Shown in pieces: positions 1 through 9,265 of a DNA stretch of 40,668 nt. Within the stretch, counting starts at the first letter, position 1. Each line of letters begins with the position of its first letter. Origin of the DNA: a virus (lineage: Duplodnaviria > Caudoviricetes). The stretch covers positions 1 to 40,668 of IMG/VR virus record IMGVR_UViG_3300014656_000050. One strand, given 5' to 3'. The notes below the pieces were generated by a model. That model did no database searches. It worked only from the letters and a program-made list of their open reading frames with translations, and was not told the DNA's origin. Made by a program: the position numbers and the translations under genes.

Positions 1-72
1 GTCATTTTTTAATTTTCCCATATTTGGCAAGTTCGCCAAACAAGAAAACGGCCAGAACAGGAGAAAGTAGAC

Positions 73-327
73 ATGCAGAAAGAGTTTAGCGGTATCTATT
101 ATTTTGACAAAAGCGGAGCATTGATGGTCCGCCTGTCCCCGCTTCACATTTCGATGTGGGTTGGCTGTCCGGTCTTTGATGGTCGTCTTCAATGCCGAGG
201 CCTGGGGTGTTTGGCCGGCCATGTTTTGGTCTCTGGTGGGGAAACAACGTTTGACTGTGTCTTGTTAGACAGGGTGTCCGTGTTGCTCGAAACAGACCGT
301 GGTGTAATTTTTGGTGACATAGAATAA
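73..327 (+). CDS. hypothetical protein
   Basis: 84-aa ORF with AGGAG SD upstream; first gene after the left end; no recognisable motif. Confidence 0.55.
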   Translation: MQKEFSGIYYFDKSGALMVRLSPLHISMWVGCPVFDGRLQCRGLGCLAGHVLVSGGETTFDCVLLDRVSVLLETDRGVIFGDIE

Positions 328-337
328 GGAGGGGGAA

Positions 338-565
338 ATGTCAGACTCTGAGCTTGCGTATCTGCAATCCGAATTCGAAGGGCTTTCACCTGGAAACGGA
401 GACGCTCTCTTGGAGCTTGCCTGGGCTCGCAAAAAAAAGGTAGAACTAAGCAGCTGGCTTGGGTCTGCTTATAAGATCCGAGCCAGGTTGGTCAAGGGCG
501 ATATGAGCGACTTGGATTGCCAAGATTTCAAGGATGTCAAAAGGGGGGGGGTGAGCGGTAAGTGA
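338..565 (+). CDS. hypothetical protein
   Basis: 75-aa ORF with strong SD (AAGGAGGGGG); GTGA overlap with the next gene. Confidence 0.6.
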   Translation: MSDSELAYLQSEFEGLSPGNGDALLELAWARKKKVELSSWLGSAYKIRARLVKGDMSDLDCQDFKDVKRGGVSGK

Positions 566-1290
566 CAATTACCGTCAACCAAGTGATCTCTTTCTCTGGA
601 GGAAAAGATTCGACCGCTCTCCTTTTGTTGATGCTCGAAAAGGGAATATCAGTCCATTCAGCCGTAGCATTCGACGGTGGATGGGAATTCCCGGATATGC
701 TCGGCCACTGGGCGGAGGTTGAAAAAAAAACCGGGATCAAGGTCACAATTTTGCGACATGAACACGACTTTGATTACTGGATGTACGATCATCCGGTTAG
801 AAAACGTATTTCTGGGAGCAAATACGGAGATGTTTACCGCGTCGGCAATGGTTGGCCGTCATCATCACGTAGGTGGTGCACCTCAATCAAGAAAAATGTG
901 ATCCGGAAATACTTGCAAAAATGCAAGCCGTATATCCTCAATATTGGAATTGCGTTGGACGAACAAAAAAGAGCCCGCCCAAATAATCAAGTTTCTTACC
1001 CACTTATTGAATGGGGAATAACAGAGGAAAGGGCACTTGAAATCTGTAGATCCTACGGCTTCACCTGGCATGGGCTGTATGACGTGTTCCCGAGGTCATC
1101 GTGCTACTGTTGCCCACTTCAGCCATTGTCAAGCCTGCGGTTGCTCATGTGTTATTACCCATACCTGTGGGAGGAAATGTTGCGGAAAGAAAAAAACCTC
1201 CCAGAAGATAAACGCGTTTTTGTCCGACAACATTCGGCGCATGATTTGGAAATTAGGTTTCGGATAGAACAACAGGGAAGTCTTTTTTAG
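562..1290 (+). CDS. phosphoadenosine phosphosulfate (PAPS) reductase family protein
   Basis: PP-loop SFSGGKDS, D-x-G-W-EFP, RWCT..K, YPLIEWG and R-S-SCYCCP motifs. Confidence 0.85.
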   Translation: MTITVNQVISFSGGKDSTALLLLMLEKGISVHSAVAFDGGWEFPDMLGHWAEVEKKTGIKVTILRHEHDFDYWMYDHPVRKRISGSKYGDVYRVGNGWPSSSRRWCTSIKKNVIRKYLQKCKPYILNIGIALDEQKRARPNNQVSYPLIEWGITEERALEICRSYGFTWHGLYDVFPRSSCYCCPLQPLSSLRLLMCYYPYLWEEMLRKEKNLPEDKRVFVRQHSAHDLEIRFRIEQQGSLF

Positions 1291-1302
1291 GAGGAATAGT
1301 CA

Positions 1303-1782
1303 ATGGCCAAAGGTAGACCGCCAAAGCCGACGAAATTGAAAATTTTGCATGGCGAAAAAAACAAGGACCGGATCAACAGGGAAGAACCACAACCTCGACT
1401 TGGAATACCATCTTGTCCTTCTCACCTCAACACACCGGCACGCGCGGAGTGGAAACGCATTGTCCCCGAGCTTGATCGCTGTGGTCTATTGACCCACGCG
1501 GACAGGTCGGTTTTGGCCGCATATTGCCAGGCGTATGGAGAGTGGGTAGAGGTTGCCCGCATGATCAAAAAAGATCGGATGGAGATGAGAAAAGCAGAAA
1601 CTCCCGATGATGCCACGACGAGGATGAAAAATATCCTTGGACTTGTCCGACTTCAGCGGGATTTAATGTCATCTGTTGAGAAAATGGGCACCCAAATGGG
1701 CCTTTCCCCGGCCGCTCGAACCAAAATTTCCCTGCCGGAGGTTGGAGAACAGGGGAGTAAATTCGAACAGCTTCTGGACTGA
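1303..1782 (+). CDS. terS: terminase small subunit, P27 family
   Basis: GRPPKPT-LKILHG start, P-HL---AR-EW-RIVPEL, LAAYCQAY, MGLSPAARTKI; directly before terL. Confidence 0.92.
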   Translation: MAKGRPPKPTKLKILHGEKNKDRINREEPQPRLGIPSCPSHLNTPARAEWKRIVPELDRCGLLTHADRSVLAAYCQAYGEWVEVARMIKKDRMEMRKAETPDDATTRMKNILGLVRLQRDLMSSVEKMGTQMGLSPAARTKISLPEVGEQGSKFEQLLD

Positions 1783-1809
1783 TTTTAGTTTTGGGCATAT
1801 AATTGTGGC

Positions 1810-3408
1810 ATGAGTTTTTTTCTTGAACCAAATGACTACTGGCACAACCAACACGCCGACCGTGCCGTAAATTTCATCAACGGGCTAACCCACACCAAGG
1901 GTAAATTCGCGGGATACCGGTTCGATCTTCGAAAATGGCAAGAGGCCGTAATCAGAGAGATTTTCGGAAAGGTCAACCGCCACGGTCGACGTATTATCCG
2001 CACAGTTTTTTTTGGAACGCCTCGAAAAAACGGGAAATCAGAACTTGCGGCCGCAGTGGCCCTATATATGCTTTTTGCGGACCGCGAAATAGGCGGAGAG
2101 GTATATTCAGCGGCCGCCGAAAAGGATCAAGCGTCGATTATATTTAATGTTGCCGCACAAATGGCCAGAAATAACGCGCATTTAAAAAAACGCACAAAAT
2201 TTATTGACTCCCAAAAGAGAATGGTTGTGCAAAAAACAGGGTCAATTTATCGGGCCATTTCGTCGGACGCGCACACAAAACACGGATTCAATTCGTCTGG
2301 GATTATGTTTGATGAACTTCACGCTCAACAAAACAGGGATTTGTGGGACGTTTTGGCAACTTCGACTGGCGCACGGGAGCAACCGCTCACGTTCTCGCCA
2401 ACAACGGCCGGGTATGACCGTCATTCAATCTGTTATGAGCAATACGACTATGCAAAAAGGATAATGGCCGGTGAAATTGAAGACGAAACGTTTCTCCCTG
2501 TAATCTGGGAGACACCCAAGGACGCCGACTGGACCGACGAGAATATCTGGCATGGGTGCAACCCGGCTCTTGGCGATTTTTTAAGCCTGGAGGCATTGAG
2601 ATCAGCGTTCAAGCGGGCCAAGGATAGTCCCGCATATGAAAACACATTTAGACGACTGCACCTCAATCAGTGGACGGCACAGGACGTGCGTTGGATGCCG
2701 ATGGACGCCTGGGAGTCATGTGGGCGAAAGATTTTTACCGAGGAAAACTTTATTGCACGACCGTGTTACGGCGGACTTGATCTTGCGTCGACGACGGACG
2801 TTGCGGCCTTTGCTCTTGTTTTTCCACCTGTCCCCGGAGATGATTTTTTTTATGCTCTGTGTTATTTTTGGATCCCAGAAGACGGGATCCAGCTTAAAAG
2901 ACACAAAGACAAGTCACTTTATCAAGCTTGGGTAAATACCGGACACATGGTAGCTACGCCTGGAAATGTGATTGACTACCAATATATTATAAATGAAATT
3001 AAAAGGTTGAGCGTAAAATTTGACATACAGGAACTTGCGTTTGACAGGTGGGGTGCAACAAAAATTATTCAGGATCTTGAAGAGATCGGCTTCACGGTCG
3101 ATCCTAAAGGACGCGGAAAAAAACTTATTCAATTCGGTCAGGGTTTTCAGTCAATGAGTGCGCCAACAAAAGAGTTGCTAAACCTCGTTTTATCACGTAA
3201 AATTGAGCATAGGAATAATCCGGTCCTGAAATGGATGGCTGACAACATGATAGTGAGAACTGATCCCGCAGGAAATATCAAGCCCGATAAGGGCAAGTCG
3301 TCCGAAAAAATTGACGGCATGGTTGCGCTTATTATGGGGCTTGACCGCGCATTGAGACATCAAGACCATAAGAGCGTTTACGAGACGCGGGGCGTGCGAG
3401 TTCTTTGA
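1810..3408 (+). CDS. terL: terminase large subunit
   Basis: Walker A PRKNGKS, Walker B FDELH, TTAG, nuclease GGLDLAST-D, KIDGMVALIM. Confidence 0.97.
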   Translation: MSFFLEPNDYWHNQHADRAVNFINGLTHTKGKFAGYRFDLRKWQEAVIREIFGKVNRHGRRIIRTVFFGTPRKNGKSELAAAVALYMLFADREIGGEVYSAAAEKDQASIIFNVAAQMARNNAHLKKRTKFIDSQKRMVVQKTGSIYRAISSDAHTKHGFNSSGIMFDELHAQQNRDLWDVLATSTGAREQPLTFSPTTAGYDRHSICYEQYDYAKRIMAGEIEDETFLPVIWETPKDADWTDENIWHGCNPALGDFLSLEALRSAFKRAKDSPAYENTFRRLHLNQWTAQDVRWMPMDAWESCGRKIFTEENFIARPCYGGLDLASTTDVAAFALVFPPVPGDDFFYALCYFWIPEDGIQLKRHKDKSLYQAWVNTGHMVATPGNVIDYQYIINEIKRLSVKFDIQELAFDRWGATKIIQDLEEIGFTVDPKGRGKKLIQFGQGFQSMSAPTKELLNLVLSRKIEHRNNPVLKWMADNMIVRTDPAGNIKPDKGKSSEKIDGMVALIMGLDRALRHQDHKSVYETRGVRVL

Positions 3409-5396
3409 TGGGAATTTGGTCAAAACTTTTCGGAAAACGTTCAACCCCAGGTCCGCTTGATAATTTTTGGTATTCTCCGGTTGGCGGACAACATTCATTT
3501 TCTGGGAAACGGATTGATCCAGAAATAAGCCAGACCGTTTCAGCAGTTTACAACGCTATTTATATAATTTCGTCAACCCTTGGTTTTTTGCCTCTCCATT
3601 TATATCGAAGGTCGGGTGAATCGCGCGTCAAGGCCGTTGACAATCCGCTTTACCAGTTGATCCATACTCAACCCTGCCCCGGGATGGCAAGTGTTTCCTG
3701 GCGCGAATCCCAGGCCCGCTATCTTGTCGGTGTTGGAAACTGTTTCGCCGAGATCGAACGCGACAAATCATATCGGCCCGTTGCGCTCTGGATTATCCCG
3801 CCGAACCGCGTGAAAGTTGAGCGAAAAAAACCATCCCGGAAGCGATTCGACTTTGTAAATTATAAGGTTCGAGTGGACAACAATGGGACGGAAGTTGACA
3901 TTCCCCGGGAAAATATGCTTCATATCCCTGGCCTTGGCGGTGACGGAATTTCAGGTATATCACCGCTGGACATGGCCCGTGAGTCTGTTGGCCTTTCCCT
4001 TGCATATGAGGAATATGGAGCACGTTTTTTTTCTGGGGGGGCGCTGTCTTCTGGAATTGTAACCTATCCTGGCGTCCTAAGCGATGAGGCGTTTGGACGG
4101 TTCAAAAAATCGGTTGACGAACAATCGAGGGGCCTTTCCCGGGCGCACCGGCTCATGTTTCTTGAGGAAGGCGCAAGTTTCCAACAGCTTTCTATCGCCC
4201 CGGATAACGCCCAATTCCTGGAGTCAAGGAAATTCCAAGTTTCTGAAATTGCACGATGGTTCAATATACCGCCACATATGCTTGGAGATCTGGAAAGAGC
4301 AACATTTTCAAATATTGAGCACTTGGGAATTGAATTTGTTCAATATTGTCTCCAGCCGTGGATTGCTCGAATAGAACAGGCGCTTACAATTCAATTGATA
4401 GGTTCTGACTCAGAATTTTATTTCAAATTTTCTGTTGACGGTCTTCTTAGGGGAGACTTCAAGAGCCGGAACGAGGGGTATTTTCAAGGAATACAGGGCG
4501 GTTGGCTGTCGGCAAACGATGTTCGGGCGCTTGAAGACATGGATCCTATTCCCAATGGAGATCAATATCTTGTTCCTTTGAACATGATCCCGTCTGACCA
4601 TGCCGGGAAAGCGCAGGAAGACAACGATCAATCGCCAATTCCTAACTCCGGCCAACGGTCGTTGCCGTCACGTGAAACAAGAGACGCGGATTTTTCGGAG
4701 AGAGACAAACTTTACGAGCGATTTACACCGGTGATTAAGCAAGCTGTGGACCGAATCGTCCAGCGCGAATCAAAGGCCCTTAAAACAGCTGTCAAAAAAA
4801 GTTTTCGCAACAGGTCAGCGACTGATTTTAAGACGTGGGTTGAAGAGTTTTATTCATCGATGCCTGAACTTATTCGGATGCAAATTGATCCAGTTTTTCT
4901 TGCTTACGGACTAAACTCGTCGGATATCGCTGCCGGTGAAACAGGCATTCCGGCAAACAATGACCAGGTCAGGTCGTTCATCGCAGATTATGGCGCAACT
5001 TTCGCCGAGAGATATGCTGGTTCAAGCCGAGGTCAAATCGAACAGGTTTTGTCCGATAGTGAAACACCTGAAGACGACCTTGACCAACGGGCAGATGAAT
5101 GGGCCGAAGGCCGGAGCGAAAAAATTGCAATCAACGAAACAAGAAGACTTTTTAACGCAGTCGCCACAACTGTTTTTTTCGCTGCCGGGTTTGGAGCCAG
5201 GTGGACTATTCGCGGAGCATTTACTTGCCCATACTGCCAAACGCTGAATGGTGCGGTAATAAAGGACGGGCAGTCGTTTGCCAGCAAGGGCGGCAGCATT
5301 TCTCCCGGGGGCGACCACGAGCCCATGGCCTTGAAATCAACTTTCCATCACCCGCCCCTTCACCGGGGATGTGATTGCACTGTAACGATAGGATAA
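3405..5396 (+). CDS. HK97-family portal protein with C-terminal MuF/gpF-like head-morphogenesis domain
   Basis: Portal motifs (MLHI-G---DG--GISPL, AQFLESRKFQVSEIARWFNIPPHMLG, ATFSNIEH, NDVRALED) over about the first 400 aa; C-terminal TCPYCQTLNG...HPPLHRGCDC. Confidence 0.9.
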   Translation: MMGIWSKLFGKRSTPGPLDNFWYSPVGGQHSFSGKRIDPEISQTVSAVYNAIYIISSTLGFLPLHLYRRSGESRVKAVDNPLYQLIHTQPCPGMASVSWRESQARYLVGVGNCFAEIERDKSYRPVALWIIPPNRVKVERKKPSRKRFDFVNYKVRVDNNGTEVDIPRENMLHIPGLGGDGISGISPLDMARESVGLSLAYEEYGARFFSGGALSSGIVTYPGVLSDEAFGRFKKSVDEQSRGLSRAHRLMFLEEGASFQQLSIAPDNAQFLESRKFQVSEIARWFNIPPHMLGDLERATFSNIEHLGIEFVQYCLQPWIARIEQALTIQLIGSDSEFYFKFSVDGLLRGDFKSRNEGYFQGIQGGWLSANDVRALEDMDPIPNGDQYLVPLNMIPSDHAGKAQEDNDQSPIPNSGQRSLPSRETRDADFSERDKLYERFTPVIKQAVDRIVQRESKALKTAVKKSFRNRSATDFKTWVEEFYSSMPELIRMQIDPVFLAYGLNSSDIAAGETGIPANNDQVRSFIADYGATFAERYAGSSRGQIEQVLSDSETPEDDLDQRADEWAEGRSEKIAINETRRLFNAVATTVFFAAGFGARWTIRGAFTCPYCQTLNGAVIKDGQSFASKGGSISPGGDHEPMALKSTFHHPPLHRGCDCTVTIG

Positions 5397-5399
5397 GGT

Positions 5400-6026
5400 A
5401 TGCCCGAACAAAATATCGAACGACGGTTTATCTCTGGATCACAAATCAGATCGGAAACGGTTGACGGATCGCCCAGAATAAAGGGCTATGTCGCCGTATT
5501 CAATCGGTGGTCTGGTGACCTTGGCGGGTTCAAGGAAAAGATTGACCCGGGGGCCTTCGCGGGGACTATCATGAAAGATGATATTCGGGCGCTTTGGAAC
5601 CATGATGAAAAGTTTGTTTTCGGGCGAAACAGGAGCGGGACTCTCATTCTCGCCGAAGATCAGAACGGACTTGTCGCCGATATCAACCCCCCTGACTCGC
5701 AATGGGCAAGAGACGCCATGGTATCGATTGAGCGTGGCGACGTTACCGGTATGTCGTTTGCCTTCCGAACAATATCCGACGTATGGAACGACGACAGCAC
5801 CGGAGGACTTACCCGGACGCTCCGGGAGGTTGAGCTTTTGGACGTTTCACCCGTCACCTACCCCGCTTATCCAGATACCACGGTCGCGCTGCGATCAAAA
5901 AATATTTTTTTGGCTCAATCTGCTGAGACAGACGAAGAGTCGCAGGAACCGACTGAGATCGTGTTTCCTAACTTGGTAAAGGCGAAAATGAGAATGATTC
6001 AATCACGAATGGAGAGAAACAGATGA
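5400..6026 (+). CDS. HK97-family prohead protease
   Basis: GYVAVFN, FKEKIDPGAF, ALWNHD, GMSFAF, LLDVSPVTYPAYPDT. Confidence 0.95.
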   Translation: MPEQNIERRFISGSQIRSETVDGSPRIKGYVAVFNRWSGDLGGFKEKIDPGAFAGTIMKDDIRALWNHDEKFVFGRNRSGTLILAEDQNGLVADINPPDSQWARDAMVSIERGDVTGMSFAFRTISDVWNDDSTGGLTRTLREVELLDVSPVTYPAYPDTTVALRSKNIFLAQSAETDEESQEPTEIVFPNLVKAKMRMIQSRMERNR

Positions 6027-7318
6027 ACAAAAAGAAGCAAAAAATTGCTTCGCTATTTACGGAATGCGAAGCGATCCAGAAACTCGCCGAGGATGAGAAA
6101 CGCGATCTTACGTCCGAGGAATTGACCCTGGTCAACACCAAAATGGATGAGATCGATGCTTTGAATTTAGCGATCAAAACCGAGGAACGAATGGCTCGGT
6201 TTTCCCCGCCGGCCGATAATCAGGACCAGGGCCCCAAATCGTTCCAGGGCGATGTGGATGTCAAAGCGAAACCGGTTTACCGGAGTCTGGGCGAGCAGCT
6301 TGTTGACATCGCCGACCATGCTCTGGGGCGGGCTGACTCCAGGGCCGTGGAACGTTTGGCTAATGTTCGAGCAGCTTCCGGAATGAACACGACCGTTCCG
6401 AGTGAAGGCGGTTTTCTTGTCCAGACGGACTTTTCGACCGCTCTTTTGAGCTTGGCCCATGAAACCGGTGATCTCACTTCACGGATGACTAAAATTCCCA
6501 TTGGCCCAAATTCTGACAGCCTGGAAGCTCCATACGTCAACGAAACTTCCCGGGCAACCGGTTCCAGGTGGGGCGGCGTCCGGGTATATCGCCGAGCTGA
6601 GGCCGCAACGGTTACAGCGAGCAAACCAGCGCTGGGGTCTTGGGAGCTTAAACTTGAGGACCTCATGGGCCTGTGCTACGTTACCGGCCGAGCACTCCAG
6701 GACGCCAATTCCCTGGGAGCCGTGTTCCGCGAAGCGTTCATGGAAGAGTTTCCCTTCGTGATTAACGATGAGGCTATTCGCGGAACTGGCGTCGGGCAAA
6801 TGCTTGGCGTCCTCAACTCTCCGTGCCTTGTGCCCGTGCCCAAAGAGGCAGGGCAGGGTGCAGACACAATTGTTTACGAGAACATCAAAAAAATGCGCGT
6901 GCGCATGCCCCAACGCTGGAGAAACAACGCGGCCTGGTTTATCAACGGCGAGGCCGAGGAACAACTTGAATCCATGTACTTGGCCGTTGGGGTTGGCGGA
7001 ATCCCCGTCTACATGCCGGCCGGTGGCGTCTCTGGTTCCCAATACTCTACTTTGTATGGACGTCCAGTGATTCCGCTGGAACAATGTTCGGCCTTGGGCG
7101 ACGTTGGGGATATCATTTTCGCCGATTGGAGTCAGTATATTCTGATCACCAAGGGCGGGCTGGACGTGGCCGAAAGTATGCACGTCAAGTTCATTTATGA
7201 TGAGATGTGCTACCGGTTTATGTTGCGAAACAACGGTATGCCACGTTACAAAACGGCCATTACCCCCTACAAGGGCAGCAACGACGTTTCACCGTTCGTT
7301 ACCCTGGCCGCGAGATAA
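6023..7318 (+). CDS. major capsid protein (HK97 fold, N-terminal delta domain)
   Basis: Coiled-coil N-terminus, EGGFLV, GTGVGQMLGVL, TLYGRPVI, GDIIFADWSQY; follows the protease. Confidence 0.95.
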   Translation: MNKKKQKIASLFTECEAIQKLAEDEKRDLTSEELTLVNTKMDEIDALNLAIKTEERMARFSPPADNQDQGPKSFQGDVDVKAKPVYRSLGEQLVDIADHALGRADSRAVERLANVRAASGMNTTVPSEGGFLVQTDFSTALLSLAHETGDLTSRMTKIPIGPNSDSLEAPYVNETSRATGSRWGGVRVYRRAEAATVTASKPALGSWELKLEDLMGLCYVTGRALQDANSLGAVFREAFMEEFPFVINDEAIRGTGVGQMLGVLNSPCLVPVPKEAGQGADTIVYENIKKMRVRMPQRWRNNAAWFINGEAEEQLESMYLAVGVGGIPVYMPAGGVSGSQYSTLYGRPVIPLEQCSALGDVGDIIFADWSQYILITKGGLDVAESMHVKFIYDEMCYRFMLRNNGMPRYKTAITPYKGSNDVSPFVTLAAR

Positions 7319-7330
7319 GGAGAAATAATC

Positions 7331-7798
7331 ATGATTGATTTTGTTCAGGAAGTCGGGAAACGAGTTATTGGCGTTCCGAAAAGCTGGGCGTCTGCGGCCT
7401 GCACTACTGAGTGGATCGACGTTGGCGAGTGCAACACTGTTGACTTTTTTGTCTTGACAGGCGCGTGGGCTGGCGGAACAGCGGCAGTTACTCTCTCTCA
7501 GGCCATCAACGCCTCCGGGTCAAGCTCGGCCGCTTTGGGATTGACTACCTATTGGACCAATGACGGCGCGGTTGCTGGCGATGCCATGACCAAAACCACC
7601 GCCGCGAGTTCAACGTTTAATCTGGACACCGCTGACGCTCTTTATCATGTCCAAGTCAGGCCGGACAGCTTGACTGCTGGGAAAAGCCATGTTCGAATTG
7701 CTATTGCCAGTCCGGGGGCCAATGCGGACTTTTACTCGGTGTTGTGCCTGGCTCAGACCAAACACAAGGGCTCGACACCTCCGACGATTATCACGTAA
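7331..7798 (+). CDS. putative capsid decoration/cement protein (beta-rich)
   Basis: SD AAGGAG; directly after the capsid gene; A/T/S/G-rich beta-strand pattern. Confidence 0.55.
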   Translation: MIDFVQEVGKRVIGVPKSWASAACTTEWIDVGECNTVDFFVLTGAWAGGTAAVTLSQAINASGSSSAALGLTTYWTNDGAVAGDAMTKTTAASSTFNLDTADALYHVQVRPDSLTAGKSHVRIAIASPGANADFYSVLCLAQTKHKGSTPPTIIT

Positions 7799-7827
7799 CA
7801 AGTTAACTTCACTGCACAAAACTGGAG

Positions 7828-7843
7828 CGTTCCACGTGGAACA
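7828..7843. promoter_or_regulatory. parS-like site 1
   Basis: CGTTCCACGTGGAACA, a near-perfect 16-bp palindrome matching the chromosomal parS consensus; intergenic; flanked by GGAG...CTCC. Confidence 0.8.
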
Positions 7844-7888
7844 CTCCTAACTTCCACACCGGTTAAAATCCGGTAGGAGCAAAACAAA

Positions 7889-8797
7889 ATGAGCAAAACC
7901 GAACTTTTTGCGCGAAATGCTGGGGGGGTTTTCACCTTCCTTGACGAATCGCGCACCACGGGGAGTATTTTTTGGGTCGATAGTGCAACGGGAACAAACG
8001 CGGCCGGATACGGCTATACAATGGACGCGCCAGTTGCCACGATTGACTACGCGGTTGGCCTTTGCACGGCGAGCAAGGGCGACAGGATTTACGTGATGCC
8101 GCACCACGCTGAAAGCTTGACGGCGGCCACCTCCCTGGTCGTCGACGTTGCCGGAGTGCAGATTATCGGTCTGGGATTCGGATCAGCCCGCCCCAAACTA
8201 ACCTACACCACGGCCGCGACTGCAACACTCAGTATCACTGCCCCAGGGTGTTTGCTCCAAAACATCCAACTTCATTCCGCGTTCACCAACGGAATCACGG
8301 CCGGAATCACGGTGGGTGCCCTGGCCGATGGGCTTCGCCTGAAAAATATCCGCATGGAAGAGGGTGCCAACACCACGGAATTCCTGATCGGAATTTCCAT
8401 TACTGCCGCTTGTCATGACGTTGGTATTGACGGGTTCGAATTTTTCGGGGTCGCCGGGGGAACTGATTCCGGGTGTATCGTCTATGCGGGGGCAAGTAAC
8501 TTTTCGTTTGTCCGTAACTTCATGATTTTTGGTGATTTCTCTGGAGCGGTCATTGATGGAACGGCGGCCGCGTCGACGTTTGTCGATATCGCCCACGGAA
8601 CCATTGTCAATGTCGATACCGGAGCCGGGCTTTCTGTCAGTCTCAACGCTGGGACAACCGGAATGATGAGGCATCTTGATATTCTCGCAGCCAAAAACAC
8701 GGCCGTACCGGTCGGCGCGGCCATGGGTTTTACTCAAGTCCTGGTGAGCAATGCAGCCGGAGCACAGGGCTTCTTGCAGCCGGGCGCTGACAGTTAA
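7889..8797 (+). CDS. putative virion protein with beta-helix-like region
   Basis: SD AGGAG; FWVDSATG...DAPVATIDYAV...GDRIYVMPHHAE resembles the N-terminal cap of pectin-lyase-like beta-helix proteins. Confidence 0.6.
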   Translation: MSKTELFARNAGGVFTFLDESRTTGSIFWVDSATGTNAAGYGYTMDAPVATIDYAVGLCTASKGDRIYVMPHHAESLTAATSLVVDVAGVQIIGLGFGSARPKLTYTTAATATLSITAPGCLLQNIQLHSAFTNGITAGITVGALADGLRLKNIRMEEGANTTEFLIGISITAACHDVGIDGFEFFGVAGGTDSGCIVYAGASNFSFVRNFMIFGDFSGAVIDGTAAASTFVDIAHGTIVNVDTGAGLSVSLNAGTTGMMRHLDILAAKNTAVPVGAAMGFTQVLVSNAAGAQGFLQPGADS

Positions 8798-8802
8798 CCA
8801 TC

Positions 8803-8820
8803 TGGGGGCTTCGGCCCCCA
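8803..8820 (+). other. GC-rich UUCG hairpin (RNA stabiliser or weak terminator)
   Basis: TGGGGGC-TTCG-GCCCCCA just after the stop at 8797; no U-tract. Confidence 0.55.
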
Positions 8821-8822
8821 AG

Positions 8823-8838
8823 TGTTCCACGTGAAACA
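8823..8838. promoter_or_regulatory. parS-like site 2
   Basis: TGTTCCACGTGAAACA, exact match to TGTTNCACGTGAAACA; intergenic. Confidence 0.85.
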
Positions 8839-8873
8839 TTTGCGTTAAGCACTTTGAATGACTGGAGAAAACA

Positions 8874-9245
8874 ATGACGGCAACCGCAACGGAAGTGAAC
8901 TGGACGTCGGTCAAAGAAGTTTCATGGGCCTGGGCTACCGCCTCAAGCTCGAGCGGGGCGACGACCGGGACCACGTCCTATGTCTATGATGGCTCGCTAC
9001 TCGGTGTGGCATTCGTTCCGGGGACGGCCGGGGCGCAACCGTCCGCGTCTTACGATGTGACCATAACTCCGGGAAGGCATACTGGGGTTGACCTTCTCTT
9101 GGGAGCCGGGGCTAATCTTAGCAATGCGGCAACGGTCTACAAAAAAACGGGAAGCCTGGCCGCTGTCGCCCACGATACTCTTACGCTTAACGTTTCCGGG
9201 GCTGGTTCTTCTCATTCCGGAACTGTTATTTTATACGTTCGATAA
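8874..9245 (+). CDS. putative virion structural protein
   Basis: SD GGAG; T/S/A/G-rich beta-type composition; in the head module. Confidence 0.55.
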   Translation: MTATATEVNWTSVKEVSWAWATASSSSGATTGTTSYVYDGSLLGVAFVPGTAGAQPSASYDVTITPGRHTGVDLLLGAGANLSNAATVYKKTGSLAAVAHDTLTLNVSGAGSSHSGTVILYVR

Positions 9246-9265
9246 ACAAAATCCGAGGGGGTTTT

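Noticed and set aside
1810-3408. Intein or intron in terL (also checked dnaB)
   Set aside because: Lengths and motif spacing are normal; no splice-junction motifs.
4664-4679. Third parS-like sequence GCCGTCACGTGAAACA in the portal linker
   Set aside because: Only 12/16 match, with one half-site broken, and it lies in coding sequence; at most a weak site.
8198-8974. 258-aa minus-strand ORF (likewise 6479..7183 and 16683..17324)
   Set aside because: Antisense to well-supported structural genes; no SD or motifs.
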